Assembly (NCBI GenBank): GCA_047601445.1
Contig: JASGJH010000001.1
Coordinates: forward strand, 8,960,001 to 9,024,000
Direction of reading: 5' to 3'
DNA: 64,000 nt
Source: Myxococcales bacterium
Lineage (GTDB): Bacteria; Myxococcota_A; Polyangia; Polyangiales; DASUME01
Both the position numbers and the translations under genes were made by a program. Below the pieces are notes generated by a model. The model saw only the letters and a program-made list of their open reading frames with translations, had not been told where the DNA came from and searched no databases. Positions 58,121 through 64,000 of the stretch are shown here, piece by piece. Every line of letters starts with the position of its first letter. Position 1 is the first letter of the stretch.

Positions 58121-58915
58121 TCAGGAGAGCTGACTGTTCGGCAGTCCACGCACGCGCGACAGCATGCGCTGGAGCGCGTCGTTGCTGCAGGGCAGCTCCA
58201 TCATGCTGTGGACCTCGCCGCTGGCCTCCGAGAGCCAGTGCTGGCCGAGTCCGTCGCCGTCGCCGATCAACACCCGCCGCACGTGCGGATGGTGCTGCAT
58301 CAAGAACTCCACCAGCTCGAAGCTCGGCAACTGCAAGGACTCCGCTTCGATCAGCGCAAAGTCCACGCGCTCGCCTTGCTCCACCAGGACTTGCACCGCG
58401 TCGAGCGGAGTGGCCACGGCCACCGAGGGTTGACCGAGTGCCTTGAGCTGCTGCATCAAGTTCCGGCGCGTCGCTTCGTTCGGTTCGATCACGAGCGCGA
58501 CATGCCCCTCCGCCTGCGCACGCAGGGTCGCGAAGGCTTCTACCACCAGATCCTGAATGCAATCCTCGGCGCGCGGCGTGGCGTGCTCGAAGCTGAGGCC
58601 CATGGTGGCTCCATCGACGCGCCTCACGACCGCCGTGATGCCCACGCTGTTGTGGCGCGGCAAATGCAACAACAGCTCGACCTGTTCGCCCACGGCGCGC
58701 CCGTCACCACCGCCGTCCAGCAAGCAGCCGCTGATGGAGAGGTCGCGCACGCCGTAGTAGCCGCACAGCCGGCCTTTGTGCCAGACGCCCGCATGCGCTG
58801 GGATCTGCACGCGGAATGAGTGGCGTCGTTCGGGGAAGAAGGTTGGGAGCGTCGTGTCTGCGCCGGGCCTGTGATGAGCAGAATCCGAGTCGTTTCCCAT
58901 ATGTGCTCGACCCAT
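58121..58915 (-). CDS. PilZ domain plus degenerate receiver-like domain protein (start 58915 or 58900)
   Basis: ERRHSFR (RxxxR), DLSISG (DxSxxG), then VALVIEPN...VDFALIE...RVLIG. Confidence 0.8.
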   Translation of the reverse strand: MGRAHMGNDSDSAHHRPGADTTLPTFFPERRHSFRVQIPAHAGVWHKGRLCGYYGVRDLSISGCLLDGGGDGRAVGEQVELLLHLPRHNSVGITAVVRRVDGATMGLSFEHATPRAEDCIQDLVVEAFATLRAQAEGHVALVIEPNEATRRNLMQQLKALGQPSVAVATPLDAVQVLVEQGERVDFALIEAESLQLPSFELVEFLMQHHPHVRRVLIGDGDGLGQHWLSEASGEVHSMMELPCSNDALQRMLSRVRGLPNSQLS

Positions 58916-59170
58916 GACGCAACCCCCTACGTCTGAAAACGGGGCGAACCTCCGTTGAGGCGGCCCGCGAGCGAAACACGGCCTCTGTCTGGCCCGCGCA
59001 AGTGCTTCGCTGCGAGCCTATGGGGACCATAACGACTTCGCTCCCGGCAACAAAGCGCGAAAAGCAGAGCCCACCATGTTGTCTTCGCCCACATGCCCCA
59101 AAGAGGACACGTGACGAAGTGTGCGCTCACGCGAAATCCTAGGGAAATCTACGGCCGAAGCGCGATCGAT

Positions 59171-59464
59171 TCATTCCGACTGGTAGTCGACGACATGGGA
59201 CTTTTCGAGCACGCCCGCGAGGAATCGTTTGACCTCGACGTGGACCGGATGGTCGGCGTACTCGTTCAAGCCCGCGAGGTCATCGAAACGTGTGATCAAA
59301 GCGAGCTCGAAGGCGCGCTCCGAGGGCACGCAGTTGAGTCCCACCTCGATGGAGCGCAAGCATTCGACGCGACCTCGCATGTCGAGCAAGAGTTCGCGCG
59401 CGCGCTCCAGGTTGGAGCGCTGGTTCTCGGGCTTGAACTTCATCAGCACCACGTGCGTGAGCAT
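59171..59464 (-). CDS. Dabb family (stress-responsive A/B barrel) protein
   Basis: MLTHVVLMKFK...GLN...F...YADHPVH...VVDY. Confidence 0.9.
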   Translation of the reverse strand: MLTHVVLMKFKPENQRSNLERARELLLDMRGRVECLRSIEVGLNCVPSERAFELALITRFDDLAGLNEYADHPVHVEVKRFLAGVLEKSHVVDYQSE

Positions 59465-59508
59465 GGACGTTCCTTGTTTTGGCTCGCGGGCGCACGCGCC
59501 CGCTTCGA

Positions 59509-60387
59509 CTAGCGTGATGGCTTGCGGGCGACGAGCACGTGCTCGTCCGGCATGCCCCACCAACGCAGCGGGTGCGTCACGGCGAAGTCTGCTGCCACGT
59601 CTGCTGGCAACTGATCGAAGCTGACCTCGAAGCCGTGGTGCGCGAAGCGGCGCGCCATCTCGGGCGGCGTACTCGAGCTGCGCACGGGTTCGGAGATTAC
59701 GGCCAGGGCCGCGAGGCCGAAGTGCCCGAGCACGCTACCGCTGGCGATGATCTTCGGCGTGACATAAGTGGCGATGACGGTGCTACCGGGCGCGCTGAGG
59801 CGCGCGATGCGCTCGAGGCTGCCTTCTACCGCGGACTCGTCGAGGTACATGGTCACGCCCTCCCAGATCCAGATCGACGGCTGACCGGGCTCGAAGCCCT
59901 GCGCGAGCAACGCTTGCTCGAGCGACACTTTCTCGAAGTCACAGGGCGCGTAGCGCAGGTCCTTGGCCAACACCGGCAGCCCGGCGGCCTTGCGAATCTT
60001 CAGCGTCTGCGTGCTCGGATGGTCGACCTCGAACACGGTGGCGTCGCGCAAGTCCTGGATGCGATGCGCGCGCGCGTCGAGCCCTGCGCCGAGCAAGACC
60101 ACCTGTCGGACGCCCGAGGCCAGCGCGCTGCGGAGCGCGCGATCGATGACGCCCGTGCGCAAGGCCAGGTGATCGATCAAGCCCAGCGTGAGTCGACGCA
60201 GGTCACGGAAGCGTTGCGGCGCGCGCGGGGCCAGGCGGGCTGCGCGCAGCACGTTGCTCCAGGGCTTGGGCACGATGCGTTCGGCGATGGGGTCCTGGCA
60301 GGCCCTGGAGAGCTCCGGTTCGTGGGTGCCCACCGCGCGCGCGTAGGCGACGAACATGGCGGTGACGCTGGGGGTGTCTTCACGCAT
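59509..60387 (-). CDS. SAM-dependent methyltransferase (leucine carboxyl methyltransferase-like family)
   Basis: SVTAMFVAYARA, LRTGVID, QVVLLGAGLDARAHR, FEVDHP, WEGVTMYL. Confidence 0.9.
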   Translation of the reverse strand: MREDTPSVTAMFVAYARAVGTHEPELSRACQDPIAERIVPKPWSNVLRAARLAPRAPQRFRDLRRLTLGLIDHLALRTGVIDRALRSALASGVRQVVLLGAGLDARAHRIQDLRDATVFEVDHPSTQTLKIRKAAGLPVLAKDLRYAPCDFEKVSLEQALLAQGFEPGQPSIWIWEGVTMYLDESAVEGSLERIARLSAPGSTVIATYVTPKIIASGSVLGHFGLAALAVISEPVRSSSTPPEMARRFAHHGFEVSFDQLPADVAADFAVTHPLRWWGMPDEHVLVARKPSR

Positions 60388-60390
60388 GAA

Positions 60391-60879
60391 TCAGATGTTT
60401 TCCCAGCGCGGGTCGCTGGCACGGGACTGCTTGAGGAAGCGCCGCAGGTCGCTCATGGAGGTCACGCCGCGGGAGGCGCCGTAGGAGAGCACGCGCGGGC
60501 CGCCCTTCATCAGCAGACCCACGTACCCGCGCAAGAACAGCTTGGGGAAGCTGGCCAGGATGCGCAGGCCCACCTGCAGCTCCGGATCCTCCGAGACGAT
60601 GCAGTCGAACAGTGTGACCGCGAAGTCCGCGAGGTCGGAGCCCTGTACGGTGGCCAGGCGCTCGATGGCCTTGGGTGTGAAGTAGAAGGCGAAGTCCGGA
60701 TCCTTGGCCTGACCGGGCAAGAGGAGGCTCTTGCCGTCCTTCCGGATCATGTAGAAATCGCCCTTCAAGTGAGAAAAACTCACGCGGCTCTGGGCGCCCT
60801 CCTTGATGTGAGTGGCGGCATCGAGCCAGGCAGGGTGCGAGAGAAACAGGTCGCGCAGCTGGGCGATATGCGGATCCAT
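60391..60879 (-). CDS. Hypothetical protein, possibly SCP2-like fold
   Basis: GC3-rich ORF co-oriented with the methyltransferase; alpha/beta pattern DGKSLLLPGQAKDPDFAFYF. Confidence 0.7.
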   Translation of the reverse strand: MDPHIAQLRDLFLSHPAWLDAATHIKEGAQSRVSFSHLKGDFYMIRKDGKSLLLPGQAKDPDFAFYFTPKAIERLATVQGSDLADFAVTLFDCIVSEDPELQVGLRILASFPKLFLRGYVGLLMKGGPRVLSYGASRGVTSMSDLRRFLKQSRASDPRWENI

Positions 60880-60909
60880 GGCGTGGGCGCACTATACTGA
60901 GGGAAGCCC

Positions 60910-61998
60910 ATGTCGTCTCGCTTCGGACAAGTCTTCAGTCTCACGACCTTCGGTGAATCTCACGGGGGCGGGGTCGGCGTCGTCGTCGACGGTTGCCCCG
61001 CAGGCCACGCGCTCGATGTCGCCGCCATCCAAGCCCAGCTGAACCGCCGGCGGCCCGGCCAGAGTGCGCTGACGTCGCCGCGCGACGAGAAGGACCAGGT
61101 CGAAGTGTTGAGCGGGCTCGACCCCGACACCGGCAAGACCCTCGGCACGCCGATCGCCTTCCTGGTGCGCAACGAGAACCAGAAGAGCAAGGACTACGGA
61201 AATCTCGCCAATCTGTACCGCCCCTCACATGCCGACTACACCTACGAGGCCAAGTACGGCCTCCGCGCGGTGGCCGGCGGCGGGCGGGCGTCGGCGCGCG
61301 AGACCATCGGACGAGTGGCCGCCGGGGCGCTGGCCGAGCAGCTCCTGGCCGTGCTGTGCGGCACGGAGATCGTGGCCTGGGTCGAGCGCGTCGCGGACGT
61401 AGCGGCCGGGGAAATCGACGAAGACACCGTCAGCCGCTCCCTGGTGGACCGCAACGACGTGCGTTGCCCGGACGAACAAGCGGCCGAGGCGATGACCCGG
61501 GCCATCGAGGATGCGCGTCGCGACCGCGACAGCGTGGGCGGCGTGGTCCGCTGCGTGGTGCGCAAGGTGCCGCCGGGGCTCGGTGAGCCCGTCTTCGACA
61601 AGCTCACCGCGGACCTGGCCAAGGCCATGTTGAGCTTGCCCGCCACCCGCGGCTTCGAGGTGGGTGAGGGCTTCGCCTCCACGCGCCTGCGCGGCTCCCA
61701 GCACAACGACCCCTTCTACCGAGAGGGGGGCAAGGTTCGCACGCGCACCAACCACAGCGGCGGCATCCAGGGCGGCATCAGCAACGGTGAGGACATCCGC
61801 TTTGCCGTGGCCTTCAAGCCGGTGGCCACCATCTTCCTTCCGCAGGAGACGGTGACGCGCGAAGGGGAGTCCGTGACCTTCCAAGCCAAGGGGCGCCATG
61901 ACCCGTGCGTGCTGCCGCGGGCGGTGCCGATGGTGGAGGCGATGGCAGCCCTGACGCTCATCGACCACGTGCTGCGCCAGCGCGTTGCCAAGCTGTGA
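60910..61998 (+). CDS. aroC: Chorismate synthase
   Basis: [58 protein letters not shown]. Confidence 0.98.
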   Translation: MSSRFGQVFSLTTFGESHGGGVGVVVDGCPAGHALDVAAIQAQLNRRRPGQSALTSPRDEKDQVEVLSGLDPDTGKTLGTPIAFLVRNENQKSKDYGNLANLYRPSHADYTYEAKYGLRAVAGGGRASARETIGRVAAGALAEQLLAVLCGTEIVAWVERVADVAAGEIDEDTVSRSLVDRNDVRCPDEQAAEAMTRAIEDARRDRDSVGGVVRCVVRKVPPGLGEPVFDKLTADLAKAMLSLPATRGFEVGEGFASTRLRGSQHNDPFYREGGKVRTRTNHSGGIQGGISNGEDIRFAVAFKPVATIFLPQETVTREGESVTFQAKGRHDPCVLPRAVPMVEAMAALTLIDHVLRQRVAKL

Positions 61999-62002
61999 TC
62001 GA

Positions 62003-62848
62003 TTAGTTGGAGAACAGCGAGCGCTCAGCCGGGATGACGCGCGTGATCACGTTGTGGGCGGCGAAGGGCACGGGCTGACGCAGGACGAGGCGCATGAACG
62101 CGCGCGAGAGCATGACCCAGCCTCGCGTGTGCTCCTGTTGAGGGGAGAGCTTGCGTTCGGACAGGACCAGCTCGGCTAGCTCCGTGCCCGGGACCTCCGC
62201 AGGCGCGCCGAGCACGCGGCTCAGCCAGCGCATCGCTGCGGCGCGTTTCTCTTCGCCCGTGATCACCATCACGTTGCGGGCAGAGGCCGAGAAGCAGATC
62301 CCGGGATCGTAGGTCGCCACGTCGACGCCGAGCGGCCCGTACTCGGTGCGCGCGATGGCCGTGAAGGCGGAGATCCAGGCCTTGGAGGCCAGCTGCAAGC
62401 TGGAGTAGGGGACATGGGCGCGCGCGCCCTTGCCCACGATGTTCACGAGCTTGCCAGCGCGCTGCTTCTCGAGCTGGCGCAGCGCGCACACGCTGCAGTA
62501 GTAGGTGCCGAGCACGTCGGTGGCTAAAAGGCGCCGGCCACGCGCGATGGGGACGTCCGCGGTCTTGCCGAAGACGCCTTCGGCGGCTGCGTTGTTGATG
62601 AACACGTCGATGCGGCCGTAGCGCTTGACGGCGAAGGAGATCAGCTGTTCCACGTCGGTGGGATTGGTCACGTCGCACTTCACGCCCGAGAGCGCGTCGC
62701 GGGGGCCGAGAGAGCGCTCGGCCGAGCGGACGTCCGAGAGGTCCTCGGAGCAGATCACCACGTTGGCTCCAGCCTCCAGGCACGCGCGGGCGGTCGCCAG
62801 GCCAAAACCGCGGGTGCCCCCTGTAATCACGACGTTCTTCTGCAGCAT
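62003..62848 (-). CDS. Short-chain dehydrogenase/reductase
   Basis: VITGGTRGFG, CDVT, IDVFINNAA, PG. The catalytic motif reads QLASK. Confidence 0.85.
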   Translation of the reverse strand: MLQKNVVITGGTRGFGLATARACLEAGANVVICSEDLSDVRSAERSLGPRDALSGVKCDVTNPTDVEQLISFAVKRYGRIDVFINNAAAEGVFGKTADVPIARGRRLLATDVLGTYYCSVCALRQLEKQRAGKLVNIVGKGARAHVPYSSLQLASKAWISAFTAIARTEYGPLGVDVATYDPGICFSASARNVMVITGEEKRAAAMRWLSRVLGAPAEVPGTELAELVLSERKLSPQQEHTRGWVMLSRAFMRLVLRQPVPFAAHNVITRVIPAERSLFSN

Positions 62849-63098
62849 CCTTTCAGCGTTGGCCGCCTCGAGCGCGGTCGCAAGCATCTGTACAGCAACG
62901 GCACAGCTGTGGCGCCGAGCGCCCCGATTCCTGCGCACGAAAGCCGGACGATGTCGCCCGCAACGAACACTGAAGCGAGCGCTCGACCCGTCCCCGTCCG
63001 GGGTTCACCGCGTCCCATTGCTTGCGGGCTGGGCGTCGTGCACGATGCGTTCGTATGCGTGCGCGCGAAAACGGCGCGCGGTCACAGGGGGGCCGGAG

Positions 63099-64000
63099 AT
63101 GGCGGTTGCAAGGACCAGCACGAACGTGAAAGCCACCAAGCTCGAGGTGCGTAATCCCGCCACCGGAGAGGTGCTGGGTACGCTGCCCGTCCACGGCGCC
63201 GAGGACGTGTCGGCTGCGGTGCAGCGCGGGCGTCGCGCCTTCGAGGTGTGGGGCAGCTTGTCGTTCCGGGAGCGCCGCGCGCACCTCCTGGATTTCCGCC
63301 GCGAGATCGTGCGTCGCATGGGCGCCGTGATCGACACCATCCACAGTGAAAACGGCAAGCCGCGCAACGATGCCGCCAGCGAGGTGTTGTTGGCGGTGAC
63401 CCACCTGACCCACGCTGCCAACCGCGCCGAGCGCCTGCTCAGGAGCCGCAGCGTGTCGTCGGGGCTATTGGCCAACCACCGTGCCCGCGTGAGCTACGAG
63501 CCGCTCGGCGTGATCGGCGTGATCGGTCCGTGGAACTATCCGCTTTACACGCCCATGGGGTCCATCGCTTATGCGCTCGCCGCTGGCAACAGCGTGGTGT
63601 TCAAGCCGAGCGAGCTCACGCCGCTCACGGCACGCCTGCTGGCCGAGTGCGCCGAAGCGGCGATCCCCATTCCCGACGTGCTGCAGGTGATCACGGGCTT
63701 CGGGGAGACCGGAGCGCTGCTGGCCAAGTCCAAGGTCAACAAGCTGGCGTTCACCGGCTCGCCGGCCACCGGACGCCGTGTGATGGCGGCGGCCGCCGAG
63801 AACCTGACCCCCGTGCTGATGGAGCTTGGCGGCAAGGACGCGATGATCGTGGCGGCTGACGCGGATCTCGAGCGAGCTGCCAAGGGGGCAGTGTTCGGCG
63901 GGCTCGGAAACTCGGGGCAGGCCTGTGTGGCCATCGAGCGCGTCTATGTGATGCACAGCGTGTACGAGCCCTTCGTGAGCAAGGTGGTGGAGCAGGCTCA
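63099..64000 (+). CDS. Aldehyde dehydrogenase family protein, 3'-truncated by window edge
   Basis: Own translation: NPATGE, ENGKP, PLGVIGVIGPWNYP, FKPSE, FTGS, MELGGKD, NSGQACVA. GGAG RBS. Confidence 0.93.
   Translation, partial: MAVARTSTNVKATKLEVRNPATGEVLGTLPVHGAEDVSAAVQRGRRAFEVWGSLSFRERRAHLLDFRREIVRRMGAVIDTIHSENGKPRNDAASEVLLAVTHLTHAANRAERLLRSRSVSSGLLANHRARVSYEPLGVIGVIGPWNYPLYTPMGSIAYALAAGNSVVFKPSELTPLTARLLAECAEAAIPIPDVLQVITGFGETGALLAKSKVNKLAFTGSPATGRRVMAAAAENLTPVLMELGGKDAMIVAADADLERAAKGAVFGGLGNSGQACVAIERVYVMHSVYEPFVSKVVEQA

Overview
High-GC bacterial DNA. The gene repertoire (Cys-rich lipoproteins with DAG/DAS linkers, zinc-ribbon/FHA proteins, PP2C-PEGA, PilZ-receiver) suggests Myxococcota, probably Polyangiales; this is an inference. 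Bases 1-27.7 kb hold a large surface-glycan locus. It has a complete pseudaminic-acid (Pse) pathway: pseB, pseC, a pseI-GNAT fusion, pseG, an SpsF-type cytidylyltransferase and a Maf/GT42-like transferase. It also has tailoring enzymes (acyltransferase-3, PhyH dioxygenase, SGNH-like protein, sulfotransferase), two Wzx-like flippases, GT2/GT4 enzymes, GDP-fucose synthase, and two paralogous DUF2142-like (GT-C-like) membrane proteins flanking a methyltransferase/coiled-coil/GT2/GT2 protein. Bases 27.7-35.3 kb are accessory: Cys-rich and beta-propeller proteins, a decayed stretch, an RlmM-like methyltransferase, an orphan cI/cro-like XRE pair with visible operator-like sites and a small downstream ORF, a candidate structured RNA with terminator, a degenerate RibD-like gene, and tRNA-Thr(CGT). 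Bases 35.3-64 kb are mostly housekeeping and signalling genes (ltaE, TPR lipoprotein, a very acidic small protein, FHA-PP2C, phosphohexomutase, membrane MutS-like, pepP, Lrp-gltBD-Hpt, hbd, quinone oxidoreductase, PilZ-pseudoreceiver, aroC, SDR, partial ALDH). No CRISPR array, integrase, transposase or rRNA was seen. The best candidates for something undescribed are the phage-less cI/cro-like switch with its neighbouring RNA, and the GT-C-centred Pse/methyl/sulfate glycan system. All family calls come from motif recognition by eye, not database searches.
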